From: Tricharina praecox
Lineage: Eukaryota
Reading direction: 5' to 3'
Length of the DNA stretch: 64,000 bases
NCBI RefSeq assembly: GCF_024521635.1
Contig: NW_026250441.1
Location: 62,001 to 126,000, forward strand
Shown here piece by piece: positions 35,264 through 48,920 of this stretch. The notes beneath the pieces were generated by a model. It saw only the letters and a program-made list of their open reading frames with translations, did not search any database and was not told the origin of the DNA. Numbering within the stretch: position 1 is the stretch's first letter; each line of letters opens with the position of its first letter. Both the position numbers and the translations under genes were made by a program.

Positions 35264-38200
35264 ATGCAGTCCGCATATGACAGCGATCCGGCGGGGAGCG
35301 CCCTGACGAAGAAGCGGCGCAGAGTCGACAGCAACACCAGCAACCTGAGCGGTACGTACCCTCCCCCGCAACAACCAACTGCAGCCATATCTCCGTACCT
35401 GCAGATCTCCGTCAGCCGCGATCACCTATAGCTAATACCTGTCTCCCCCGCGCAGGCACCTCCGCGACCGCGCAGCCATGCATCCCCACCCTCCCGCTCA
35501 CCACCGACCAAGCGGAGCTCTGGCGGTCCTCGCTGCGACAAGCCAACACGTACTCCTCGTCGGTCGACGAGCTGTGGCCGGCTTTATGGCTACACCCAGA
35601 CATCAACGCGGTGGTCGGGCGCATGACCAAAAAGATCGAGGGCGGGGACTACACGTACCGGCGAGCGTGGCAGCTGATGCAGATCGGGGATCTACAGATC
35701 GTGTACGTTCTGTCCGGACTACCGCAGGCGCTCCGCGACCAGGGCAAAGCGCACAGCAGCCTACTGATCGCGTCAGTGGCGCTGCGGTGCGCGCTCGCCC
35801 TCTCCGCGCCGCAGGTCAAACACCAGATTCCCCCCGACTGCTTCATGGAGCGCGAGATCCAGCTGCGCGCGCTCGGATCGATGCTGAGTCTGCTGCAGCT
35901 GCTGAAGGCACAGGCGCCAGCGCGGAATCCGGTCCTCACCGCCGCCACGGAAAAGCTACTGTGGGAGAACCTGCGTGTCCTCCAGGAGGACCTGAGTAAG
36001 AGCTTGGGAGGCGCCGCGGATAAGGGCGACTGCGAGTTCATGGCGAGGTACGCACAGAATTTGCTCGCCGATCTGCCCGGAGATGATAATGTCGCCACCA
36101 AGTGGGCGAGCAGCATCATGAATATCTTTTTTGCGGCGGGAATGGCGTATCAGTACAATGGGCCCGAGGCGATAAAACTGCTGCGATTGGCCGTGGAGCC
36201 GCTGAGCCATAGGGGCACTAGCTGGCACAGGGAGTTTGATCGATTTCATCATGTGGTGAGCACTCATGGTTCCGGTTTCTAGTATGAACCGATCGCTAAC
36301 GACAATACAGACAATGGTGATAATCTCGTGGTCATTATATCACAACGCGGGGTCGAGCCCGGCGTTCCGCCTCGCGTGCAGCGACATGATCGGGCTGCTG
36401 CGCAACAAGCTTCGCGACGGGATCAACAATCTGAACGCGCAAGGCAGCACCAAGCGGAAGATCTCCGCGCTGTTCCCTAGCACGGAGGCCACCGACTCCT
36501 CCGTGCACATGACCTACGGACTGCTGTACCTTCTCGGACGGCTAGTGGAGCGGTACATGGCTGGCGGCGGGTCGAGCCGCGAAAAGCAGATCGCGCAGCT
36601 GACGGATGTCCTGGTCTGGGCGTGCCAGAAGTCAAAGTTCGGCGAGATCAAGTTCAAGGCCTACGAGATCCTGTTCGCGATACTGGCGCCGGTGCCGTCG
36701 GCAAATACCGCCGGGACGCTGTTGCAGCATCAGCGCATGACCGAGGTCGAGGGCGACTCCCGCATGGAGCGTGAGCGAAGACACGAGGAGTGGGCGACCC
36801 ATGTCGAGTGCATCCTGGAGCGGAAGAGGCTCATCGATAATTCCCTCGCGAAGCTTGATCTCGAGCAGATCAAGCGTGCGAAGGATGATTACGAGCAGCA
36901 GGTGGCACGCACGCCGATGACGCCGCCGACGAAAAGTCACGATATGATCAGGGAGTACTCGCACGATTCGATGCAGAGCGCGGGCACGGGACCGGGCATG
37001 GCTACTGGAGGTGCGGGTGTGTTGCGGCAGGATTATCGATTGGATTTTACGCTCCCCGCGTTCCAGTCCCCGAATCTACTTCCGCCGCTGAGTCCGGCTA
37101 CTTCGTATGCCGAGAGCGACGAGTATGTGTGGCAGCAGAGCCCACCACCGTTTCCGCTCGAAAGAATGACCAGGACCGAACCGGCAGAGATCAAACTGAA
37201 GGGGATACCCGTGTGTACGCAAATCTCCAATACCGGGCACAGCGTTGCATTTCTGTCGCGAGATCATCTTGACGTCTACGGGATAACACTCGAGGAGAAT
37301 CCCACACTGTCCCTGTCATTGACGCAGAAACTCGAACAAAAGCTGCCCAAGAAGTCCGACTTCGTAGCCACCGCTGTCAACGACCAATTCGTCGTGGCCA
37401 TCTCGCGCAACCAGGTGCGTGTAACACCCCCCTCCACACTATCTCACTCGCTGACATTCTCCAGCTGCAAATCTACGACCACTCCACTCCATCGCAGCCC
37501 TCAGGCACGATCGACTTCGACTACCAGCCGGAGCCCGTGCTCCGACTAACCTCCGTAGCGCTCACCTCCACAACACCTCCCACCATTGCGCTCGGCCTCA
37601 TCCTGCACGACAAGCGCACGCGCATCCACCTGTACGAAGCCATCCCCTCACCTGGCCACCTGCCCCTCCACCACCTGCGCACACTCTCCTTCGGCACCTC
37701 AGTGCCCCAACCTCACGGCGCTGCAGGCTCCCTCAGCTTCTCCACCTGTTCCACCCACCTGCTGTGCACGTCCACCCTGCGCGGCGACCTTCTAACCTGG
37801 CCGCTGCACTACGCCTCCGCCACGCCCAGCCACCGCACCGTAATCCCCATCAACGACGGCCTGGGCCACGGCATAGCGGGGATCACCTCCGCCGCGCTGT
37901 TCCCGAGCACACGGTACATCATTGCCACCACCGGCGCGTCCTCGCAGCCCGCTGTTCTGGCAGCACGCAGCTCGGCGGGAGCGGGAGCAAGGAGGCCGGC
38001 TCTGCTGGATATTATGCAGCCGCAGGCGGCGATGAGGGCCTGTGCTGTTGCGCGGCAAGAGAATGCAATAGCGCTGATGACCGAGAGGGGCGCGGTGTGG
38101 GTGGCCAAGTTGTCGGGCGCCGGGGCACAGGTGGGACACGCGGTGGCGCTGCCGGTGTTGGTGCTCGAGAGGGGGGGGGCGGGGGCGGGGGATGTGTCGT

Positions 38201-38304
38201 TTGGCATAAGCGAGGGAGGAAGGCAGGTTCTGCTTGTGGCGAGGGTCGATAGGCCGCTGTTTAAGAGTCGGTGGAGGGGGGATGTGGTGGGGGTTGTGTT
38301 TTGA
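35264..38304 (+). CDS. large hypothetical protein: N-terminal NLS-like KKRRR, helical middle, predicted beta-propeller-like C-terminus
   Basis: Three long ORFs are joined in frame by introns 35352-35455, 36256-36310 and 37415-37464. The start codon is uncertain. Confidence 0.7.
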
Positions 38305-41300
38305 CTTCTTGATTTTGGCGCGGGGTTGCAAGGGGGGTTTGATGCGAGGTGGGGTTGCGTGCATGGTGTATGTGAGGTCTTGTCTTTTGGTAGAATATAG
38401 TAATATCATAGTGGGGGGTGGGGCGGGGGAGCGGGAAAGGGCGTACGGATTGCTTTGTCCTTTTTTGCGTTGTGTTCGGTTTTTGGATTTGGATTTGGAC
38501 TTGGGGACTTGGAGTTGAATGGAATACATAGGTACTTACGCATACCTTGTACATCAAGCGGGGGCAAAGGCGAACAAAATTATGTGTTGGTGAGAGGAGC
38601 TAGATGAAGAGGTTATTGTTCAACTTCGAGGAGCCATCTTATGGCTCTCCACCGCAGCCGACAACCCTCGTTGTCCCTCGATCCAGCTAGTAGTCGGGCT
38701 ATCCCGGTTACCCACTCTACCGTATCTTTTTTTTGGAACGACGGATGTGAGGAGGAAGGCTCCGACTGACTTCGAGGAGGAGGAAGGGGAAAGCAAGCAT
38801 CGGAAGCAGAACCAGAGTGCCCAGCAGGATAGTATGTCTGCGGCCTGTGCTGCTGTGTGGGGAGGTGAGGAGCGACTATATGTGATCATCTGTTCTTGTG
38901 ACTTCCTACCTGTGTGTTTTGTCTGGTAGACCGTAGGCAGCGGCGCCACATCGTATCGGCCGGCAGGAGGGTCTCATCTCCGGCCCACCGGAGTGAGCAG
39001 GAAAGAAGTGTGATGGCTCTCCTAGCTCCATAATCTAGATACGGAACAGCGAAATCAATTAAAGATTTCACTCTCTCTCCCCAACGCAAACTTCTGCCAC
39101 GCCTATCTCCAGTGCGTCACGTGAAGCAGAGCGAGTGATATACCATGCGTACATACGTCGTCCACCTCGGAACCACTCGCATCAGGAGTACCCGAGTATC
39201 GATCAGAAGCGGTACGAAATCGGTGTAGAAAGGATGCACGTGGCGACCGTCGGGCGATGGCGTGGATGGGTGTCGGAGCACTGCGCGCGGCCGAATAATC
39301 GACCTGCTTCTGGCTTCGCGGTTTGAAGCCCGGATACCTCCGGTGTATGTTCCACTATTCGCAGTACTAGCAGTACCAGTGGCTTCAGGGATACTTCTGG
39401 ACTAAAACAGCGGCTCACTACGGCCGGTTCACTCGAAGTCCGACTTTCTGAAAAACATTATATTTTTGAATAGCCAGCTATTCCTTACACTCCTTTCTCA
39501 CACTCCTTCCCAACACAACTCCATAACATCCTCACCTACCACTACCTAAAGGATCGATACAAACCGGCACACGATGCCCACGCCACTCTCGAGGATTGTA
39601 ACATCCACTTCCGGGCCGCCGCCCGGAAGGTTATCAACCGACACGTTCGGTATGGAATCCCCAACCCACCAGCCGGTGGTTTTTGGGAGCACCGCATGAC
39701 CCGGCGTTTGGCTTGGGCCATGTGGTGTCAGGTCTGCTCGGTGTGGACCCGAAGGCAACGGATTTCCGATGGACTTTCGTTGCCCGCGAGGGCAACGCCG
39801 GCTATCCGCTCGACTGTCGTTGCCCCCCGGGGCATCCTCGCGTCAAGCACCAAGACCGACCCGGCGCCATTTCCAAGACCCCAGCCGATCTGGGGATTCA
39901 TACTGTGGTTGTCAAAGCGGGTTTCGTTCGGTCATTTCCGGATTTAGTTCTGGTCTGCAATCACACACTCAATTTGGCGGCGGGTCGGCTTTTCCACTTA
40001 TTGCGGATGAAGAGATGAGGAGATGGATGGCTCGCGAGCCACCCCCACAAGGGGCCAAGCCTCCACAGCACCTCTAACCAACATGCTGAGCTTTGACCGC
40101 CCGTACCTGAAGGGTGTGGTGGGAGGTGGATATCCGACGATGGCACTGTTTTCGAAGTTCATTTTGCTGCGGTTTGTTGCCGCAGAGGCAGAGCAGAATA
40201 TCTGCTCGGCGTGTTCCTAGGAAGTAAGTTCCATTATGAAAACTGGAAAATAGCATGCTGACTTTTTCAGGTAACTATTTGGGGCTGTTTCATTGTCTGG
40301 GCCAGATGGATTAATCCTCCCGAAACCATTCCCGGGATGCCCACGTCCCCAGGGCTCGCGGCCCCTGAGAGCGGCTGCTTTGCCACCTTGGTGGCCGATC
40401 CGGCACCCACTTGTCGGGTCAGCGCTGCGTACTCGTTCACTGTCGGGTCGGCGCTGTTCTCTATTGAAGCGTTTGTTCAGATCTTGGGTATGAAGGGATG
40501 ATTATGGGAAGTCGGGTTGTGTTTCTTTCATGGGGTCTCTATTTCTGTTTTCAGTTTGATGCGTTGGATTCTGTTTTCTGTGTTTTGGAACGCGCTCTGC
40601 GGGGGAGCGTTGCGGCCCGTAGGGCCTTTGTTGTCGGAGCAGCGTGTTTGATCGAATGACGGTTCGTGCACGGTTCACGGGGAAGGTTTTAGTTCGTCTA
40701 GGACGACTATAAGTACAACTAGAACTTCAGCTAGAACAATAACCACTACTTCTTCTTCTTCTTCTTACCATCTTCTGGTCGTATCGCCCACTCAAACCTT
40801 CGCGTGCGCACCTCACCTTCAGATCGTGCATCAACATCTATCCCCCTACTGAGTAGGACTGTGGTGATTATAAGGATATTTCTAGCCGGCATGGCTTTTG
40901 TCTTTGGGTACATAATTCTATCCAGTGCAAATCTATTTAAAGCCTCCGCCTGATGGTCCTCCAGGCTCCAATCCGAAGCTTACGACCCCGACCACCACGA
41001 CCACCACGACAACCGCGACCACCACGAACAACGGCCACGCCGCCGTGTTTTTCCGGCGAGCAGAAAATATGCTCGGCGTGTTCCCAGGAAGTAAGTTCCA
41101 TAAGCCCCGGATACCAAAAACTGGAAAACGGCACGCTAATAGGAGGAAACGCAGAGGCTCGAGAAATTAATGTGGTGGTGGTGGTGGTGGCTGCGGCGGC
41201 TGCGGTGAGGTTACCGCCGCCAAGGGCCGCTCCAAGAAACAGCCCAAGGCCATCAAGTACTGGATGGTTCTCACTCCCGCTGGCGGGAGGAGAATCATGC

Positions 41301-43247
41301 ATGTCGCCTCGAGTGCGGAGGTGCCTGAGGACACGATTTCGGTCAAGATCGTGGTCCCGGCCTCCCACCGGTTCTTGGACTGGCCTGCGGTGGCGAGATT
41401 GAAGGGGAAGGGAGAGGGGAAGGGGGAGGAACAGGAGCAAGAATAAAAGTTTTTTTTCCAAGTGAAACTTCTCGTGAACCATCCGTAGTCTGCCGATGTT
41501 GTCATCTAGAATCAAATCTGAGTCCGCCTTCGTTATGTAGAACAGAGTGGCTCTGCGAGGGCTCTTGTGCCAATGCCTCTCCCGGCCGGCAAGCGGGTCG
41601 AGAGACGGAGAATTGACATGGAGAGAGGGGAGTTAGAGAATGACCTCAACATTTCGAGGACCTACGGCTCCCGTCAGGCGCCGGGATTTTTGTCCCTATG
41701 ACTGGACTGCTCTAGTCCGGCAAATCCTGGCCCCTGGGGCCTGACGGGACCGCGTCGCCGGCCTCAATAGTCTTCCGTCCGACTAGACTATTCTCAGGCC
41801 TGAACCGAAGGACCATTAGCATGTATTTTCGAACACATGTCGACGGGCTTACTCAATATAATCTCTGCTGGAAGCCTGAGCCGTACATAGGTGTCATGAT
41901 GGTAAAGAACCAGGGAACTCACAGTGTTTGCAAAAGCAAGAAAGATTCATACTGTAAAAACGCACAATGATATTTGGAAGCGCCGAAGCGCGCAAAGAAG
42001 CGACCAACAAACCAAGAAACCGGGCAGGCTTTCCAGACGACTGATCCATTCCGTCCGGAAGATGAAATGCCCGGATACCCGGCAGGTACCTATAGGTACC
42101 TGATAGCACTAGCGTGCTATGCTGACTACCAGTTCGCGGAGGACTCTAGTACATAGCGCGGTAGCTACCAACAGAATTTTCAGCCTTGAGCAGAATTTTC
42201 AGCATCGTCAAACAATCGAGCTCAGGAGATAGACACTGGTAGAAGTAGGAACGGGGTGGTGTGAAAGTTCTATACCGTGAGGGACACTGCGAAATGGAGC
42301 CGCATAGCCACACATCCGCACACCTGCACCACTGTGTGGCGCCACGCCGCTTGCATTGTCCTAGTATTGCAGTCAATTTCGGGCCCTGTAGGGTATTCGT
42401 CCTCATTTCTCCAGCCCGGAAGACTGTAGTCCTTGGTCTCCTCTGCCCGACTAATTCCGTCCCGGGCCGGGCAACCTTAAAGACGGACGGGACGGACGGT
42501 TGGCAGCCCTGACGAGAACTGGACTAACATTTACCTCTATTCATTGATTCACTCATTCTCTCTTTCCTTCTTTCATTCTTTCTGGCTTTCTTTGTGTCTT
42601 TATTTCTGCCGGGTTAGGTAGATGGTTGAATAAGGAGGGTTGACTCGCGGGGCGGGCAGGACGAAGAGCAATAGCCTTGAATCAGTATCGATCTCGCAGC
42701 CAGCGGGTGAAAAAGGATATATATGTAATCTGCCGTGCTCTACTGCGGCCGAAAGCAATGATGATTGCACAAAATACCAATAGGGAAAGCAGTGTCACAT
42801 GTCACGTACCGAGTGACATCTAGTGTTTCACTCTTGCTGCCAAAATTAAATATCATCACCACCCCCACTAGGTGGCTTGGAAATCCCAACTGATGTGTGC
42901 CCTACTGCCAATCGCCCCTTACCAACCCTTCCTATTGGCTCGCGTGTCATACATCCTCAACATCTAAACGATTCCACTACTACCCAGCCTCGGTCTTCAA
43001 CAATCTCAACTCTCATTGCTCCTCCCACTATCATCGTTCTACGGCTCCACCGGCTACACTTACAGATTTATATTAGCTAGACAAGCGGACAAGACGTGTC
43101 TGTTATCGTGCCCGGAAGATTTTGTCTAGCGGATCTGAGCAGACGAACGAGTGAGATAAAGATGGAGATGTGATTGCTAGATACCGAACAAAAGAGAGCG
43201 CACAACAGAGAGAGTATTTAAGGAGATACATAGTAGCAAAAAACCAA

Positions 43248-43343
43248 GTCCCACGATATCCGTCTGTCCCATCTTATCAGTCTGTCCCACGACATCCTTC
43301 CGTCCCATCCTATCCGTCCGTCCCACGACATCCGTCCGTCCCC
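43248..43343. repeat. short tandem repeat (about 18/36-bp period, GTCCCACGACATCCGTCC-like)
   Basis: About five related copies visible. Confidence 0.7.
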
Positions 43344-44924
43344 ACTCGGTCTATTGATACCCGAGGACATTAAACCAGATCATCGACAGAAGAGACGGCA
43401 TCGAAGGATGAAAAAGGGTTCGATGTCACCAACCTGAAGGCTGATGGCTTTGTGATTTAGATACCGTACGGCCGCTGCACCGGGTAACAGTAGTAAACAC
43501 ATTACTCCTAAGAACCTCTGCTGTGTGGGGAGTGCGGTACCGGTGGTGGTAGTATGCCATATCACTGTTACTAGTATTTTCTGCGAATCTGCAGTTCGGA
43601 CAGCCTGCTGGTGGCGGCGGTGTAGTCGAGGGGTTTAAAACCAATACCAGTTATCTAATATATTCTACACTACCGCTCTCTAGTTAGTAGATATCTCAGT
43701 TCACCGGACAATCCATTCGTGCGGAGTTAAGTCGTTCTTCCGCGCGTCCTATCAGCGTCCCCTGACCTCTACTTTGGAGTCTACAGAGTTTTGCCGCACG
43801 TTTCGGCGTTCGGCGAGTGATCTCAGATGATGCACATGATCAACCCGACGTGTTAATGTTTTTCCGCTGCCTGCTTCATCGCCGTTCTACCTTCGACATC
43901 TTCACGTCTTGCTATTTTATCATACCCGAAGGGTCCTAATGGCCGAACCTGTTGCGGGTGTCCCACAATTATTCGGCACAAGTGAGATAGTACTGATGAT
44001 AACTAGGTAGTAGCCTTGTTCGAGGTCGCCTCTCCTGCCGTATTACACGTCCGCCCCCCACAAACATGGTTCCCCGCACGGAATGCTGGTGGCAGCCACG
44101 ATGATGTGTTATTTTGGCGCCACGCACTAGTAGAATCATACACACCAGATCCCAGGAACGTAACGATCGACTCATTACTTATGCTTATTTCGCAATGGCG
44201 CCGCGCCGTCTGTATACACATACTACGATTAGACGGTCCATATTACTCGGCGCACACAACGGCTGATCATCCGCCGGGAGAATTCGATTTCTCTCGCCTC
44301 CCCCGAGGTTCCATGCCCTCGGGTTATCGGCAAGCTTTAGCCTATTTGAATTGATCCGAGATTATCAAGCAGGTAACCGGGCCATAAATCTCGCCTTATG
44401 GGGCACGGTTGGATGTGCTGTGAACTGCGTCTAGCCGAGAGGATCTTGAAGCTTTCTCCGGAAATGACTGGTATGGCAGGCAGGCATAGAATGAGCTCGC
44501 GTCGTATCGCTCGCATGCCAGTGCAGCTCTTCGCTTCGTGGTCTCTCATAGCATATGACAGCTTCATTAGCTTCACAGACTTTCTTAGGTACATACCGAC
44601 TTGCTTAGATTCCGTACGGAAAACGCCATATATAGTGCGGGATCTTCGGGAGGGTTTCCCGGGTTCCCTGCAAGCCGTTTTTATTACCCCGGTTAATATC
44701 CCTGTTGATCACCTTTTTGCCGTACACTAACCCGGTCTGCCCTGACACTTCCAACGTTCCCCACCTCGATCACTGTGAAGTCCCGCTGGTGCGCTCCCGC
44801 ATTGCCGGGATAATTTCCCCAGATTACGCCGACAGTGTTCCCAGGGCGCATTGACCTGATAAATATGTCCACCGCTGCTGCTACTCAATCCCTCCAGAGT
44901 TGGCTTCAGTGATATTCACTCCAA

Positions 44925-47900
44925 ATGAAGCTCCCTCACCTCCAGCCGCTGCTCGCTGCAGCCGGACTATTCGTCACCCTCTCCTCCGCCCTCGGCCAGA
45001 AGTCGATAATATCAGCCAACAAACAAGCTGGAGTGCTCACGCTCGTCGAGAACAGTCGCCCAGTCGCCCGCATCCATGTCTCCAGCACCGGTGGGTTATT
45101 CCCGTGCCCGTCTCCTGAGGGAACCCGCGCATCTAAAACCTCACAGACTATCCTGCCGTTATCCGAGCGGCCCACGACCTCGCGGCTGACTTCGGCCGCG
45201 TGACGGGCCACAACATGACATTAACACTCACCAACTCCACCGGAAAAGCCGCCGCTGCCGCCGCCGGCACTTCCGCGATCATCGTCGGGACCATTGGCGA
45301 GTCCGCACTCATCGACTCGCTCGTGGCGAACAAGAAGCTGAATATCTCGGGGATCGTCGGGAAATGGGAGAGCTTTCGGACTACGCTGGTAGACAACCCA
45401 ATTCCGGGAGTCTCGCGCGCGCTAGTGATTGCCGGTAGTGACAAGCGCGGTACCATCTTCGGCGTCTACGAAGTGTCGGAGCAGATCGGAGTTTCGCCGT
45501 GAGTCCCTAGATTTGCGGTCGGATGCTGACCGATGCTTACCAGATCGTGCAGATGGTACTACTGGGCCGACGTGCCGCCGCAGCAACACAAGGCCCTGTA
45601 CGCATTGAAAACGACATTGCAGCGTGGCGAGCCGTCGGTCAAATACCGCGGCATCTTCCTGAACGACGAGCAGCCGGCGTTGACCGGGTGGGTTAACGAC
45701 AACTTTCCGCGCGGCGAGTACGGCCCCGGCTACAACCATGAGTTTTACAGCAGGGTGTTCGAGCTGCTGCTACGGCTGCGCGCGAATCTGCTCTGGCCCA
45801 CCATGTGGGACTCGATGTTTGCCGTCGACGACGCGTTAAACCAGAAGACAGCGGATATGTACGGGATCGTCATGAGTACGTCGCACACCGAGCCGCTGCA
45901 GATGTCGACTAAGGAGTGGAATACGCTCGGCAACGGCACTTGGGACTACACCAGCAATTCCGGGGAAATCTATAAGTACTGGCAGAAAGGCGTCGAGCGC
46001 GCCAAGGATTATGAGAACATATGGACCATTGGAATGCGCGGGAATGGAGACAATAATCTCGGGGAAGGTGTGGTGACGGAGCTACTGAGTAAGGTTGTCA
46101 AGGACCAACGGGAGATATTGGCGAATGTACTGGGAGTAGACGATGTGGCTACCGTGCCGCAAGTCTGGTGTCTCTACAAAGACGTGAGCCTCCTCCACCA
46201 CCATCTCGTAGAAAATTCCGGCATTGATGGGTGCGATCAGATTCAAGCATACTACGAGGCGGGCATGAGGGTCCCAGACAATGTGACCCTTCTTTGGACA
46301 GATGACAACTGGGGTAACGTGAGGAGACTGCCGTCGGCCAACGAAACTCATAACCAGGCGGGGATCTACTACCATTTCGATTGTCAGTTCCTTCCATGTC
46401 CGCCACCGCCTTTCTGCATCTAACAAACAGCTCCAGATGTCGGAGACCCCCGGAACTACAAGTGGATCAACACGGTTTCATTGACGAAGACGGCCCGTGA
46501 GTATCCATGAACAAACTTCCCGTTCCAACTGTAAAATCCTTCTAATATACTTTCCGCTTTGTAGATGAACTACACTTGACGTATGAAAGGGGTGCGCGCG
46601 AAATCTGGGTGGTGAGATCGCTTTTTTACCGTGCCCCCCTTGTCCATAGAGCTAAAGCAAGCGGTTGATGTAGGTAAATGTCGGCGATCTCAAGCCACTT
46701 GAAGTTCCCATCGACTACTTTCTCAATCTCGCCTACGACTTCGACCGCTGGGGTGGAGTCGAGGAGGTGGATGCGTACACGGCACTATGGGCGGCACGCG
46801 AGTTCGGCACCACGCACGCGGCCGAGATCGCCTCGATAATGTCGCTCTACGGCACCTACGCTGCACGGCGCAAGTACGAGCTGGTAGATTCTACGACGTA
46901 CAGCCCCATCCATTACCACGAAGCCGAGCTGGTGCTGTCGCAATGGAGAAACCTGTCTGCGCGGGCAAAAGCGGTGCACTCAGCACTCCCGGCCGCATAC
47001 CGCCCCACCTTCTTCGAACTGGTACTTCATCCCACTAAGGCCGCCTACACGGTCTACGATATCCACGTCACCACCGGCCGCAACAACCTATACGCGTCCC
47101 AGCGGCGCACCAGCGCCAATGCGCTCGCCCAGCACGTGATGAAGCAGTTCGACGAAGACGCCGTGCTGACGCGCGAATACAACGGCTTGTTGGGCGGAAA
47201 GTGGAACCACATGATGGACCAGCCGCACCTGGGCTACAACTACTGGCAGCAGCCAATGCGCAACACGCTGGCGCCGCTTGCGTGGGTTCAGGCTGGCGTG
47301 GCGTCGGTGGCCGGACACATGGGCGTTGCGATCGAGGGCTCGAACGGAACCGTCCCCGGCGACGACCGCTATAACACCGTCGCCTACGGAAACAATACAC
47401 TGGTTCTACCAGCGCTGGATCCGTTCGCCGCCACACCTTACCGGACAATCGAGATCTTCTCGCGCGGTACCGAGCCCTTCTTTTTCAACGTGACGCCACA
47501 CAACTCTTGGGTGCATGTGCAGCCGAAAACGGGGTTTGTCGACCCCCAGGACCCGGCCACGGATACCACGGTGCGCGTATCGGTGGATTGGGACGCGGCT
47601 CCGGAAGGCTACAACATCGGCTTCCTCGACATCACGTCTTCCGCCTCATACGGCGACTTCGGCGCGCCGTCCGTAAACCTACCGATCAACAAGACCGCCG
47701 TGCCGACGGGCTTCACGGGGTTCGTCGAGAGCGACAAGCACGTCTCCATCGAGGCGTCCCATGCATCGCGAAATACCTCCAACGGCGAGGTGCACTACAG
47801 CACACTCCCCAATCTCGGCCGCACCGGTGATGCGGTGACCATATTCCCCGTGACCGCCGACACGCAGGACACAGCCTCCGGGCCCCGGCTAGACTATGAT

Positions 47901-48260
47901 CTGCATCTCTTCACCGTGCCCAGCTACGGCGCAAACATAACCGTATATCTCGGCGGCGCGCTCAACAACCAACCGGGCCGGCCGCTGAAATACGCTATCG
48001 CCCTCGACGACGAGACGCCACAGGAGGTGCAGTACATCCCGAACCTGAAGACACCTCTCGCGATGCCGGATGGGTGGCTGGAGATGGTGGCCGATGGAAA
48101 TGTCTGGAAGCATACCACGAGGCACAATATGACCTCGCCGGGGAAGAAGACGCTCAAGCTGTGGGCGCTGGAGCCGAGTGTGGTATTCCAGAAGGTGGTG
48201 ATGGATTTGGGAGGAGTGAGGCCCAGCTACTTGGGGCCGCCGGAGAGTGTGAGATTGTGA
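44925..48260 (+). CDS. secreted GH115 alpha-glucuronidase
   Basis: Signal peptide; IAGSDKRGTIFGVYEVSEQIGVSPWYYWADV, PSVKYRGIFLNDEQPAL, FELLLRLRANLLWP, GMRGNGD, DDNWGNVRRLP, GIYYHFD, GKWNHMMDQPHLGY and SYLGPPES; about 6 introns. Confidence 0.93.
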
Positions 48261-48920
48261 AGCAGGGTGCGTGTGCATTTGGCGCACGTGGGTTGGCCAT
48301 GACGCTTGGTGAAGTGTCTCGATGATGGCTGCGTGCTTGTTCTATGGCGATCAATAGGCGAATATCTAGTTATCTAGTACATAATAGCAATTACACCAGC
48401 ATCCCATAGTTCCCACTGCCCAATATTCCGGATTACTCATTTCTCGGCTTCGCATGAAATTCTGAATTTATAGAGTCGTCTGTGCCGCACCTGCCGCTCG
48501 AGTGATAGCACGTGGAAGATTGCAGCTCATGTGCAAGAAGTGCAAGCATCTGTGACGTGCTTCGTATCGCACCATTACTATTTGCTGGCCACCATACCGC
48601 ACCATACAGTATCTCGTTGAAAACTCATGGATACCTAGGCCCAAACTAAGTCGCCACATATGAGCGAAACGCGATCGCCGCTCGAGACTGCAATGAAACT
48701 GTGGCTAATGTATTTTGTTTGTTTGATCAGTATTTGCTTGCAACCTAAGTAGATCATACCAATATGTGTACACACTCCGTTTCCCCGCCACTGTCCGACC
48801 CGACTTTCATCGAGTGGCCCGATGTGGCTTTGCCTGCCACCGCCTCGGCCTGTCCCCGCAACGAAAGTAGAGCGCACCAAGGAAACAACACTAGGAAAAG
48901 ACATCTTCCGCTCCCTCTCC

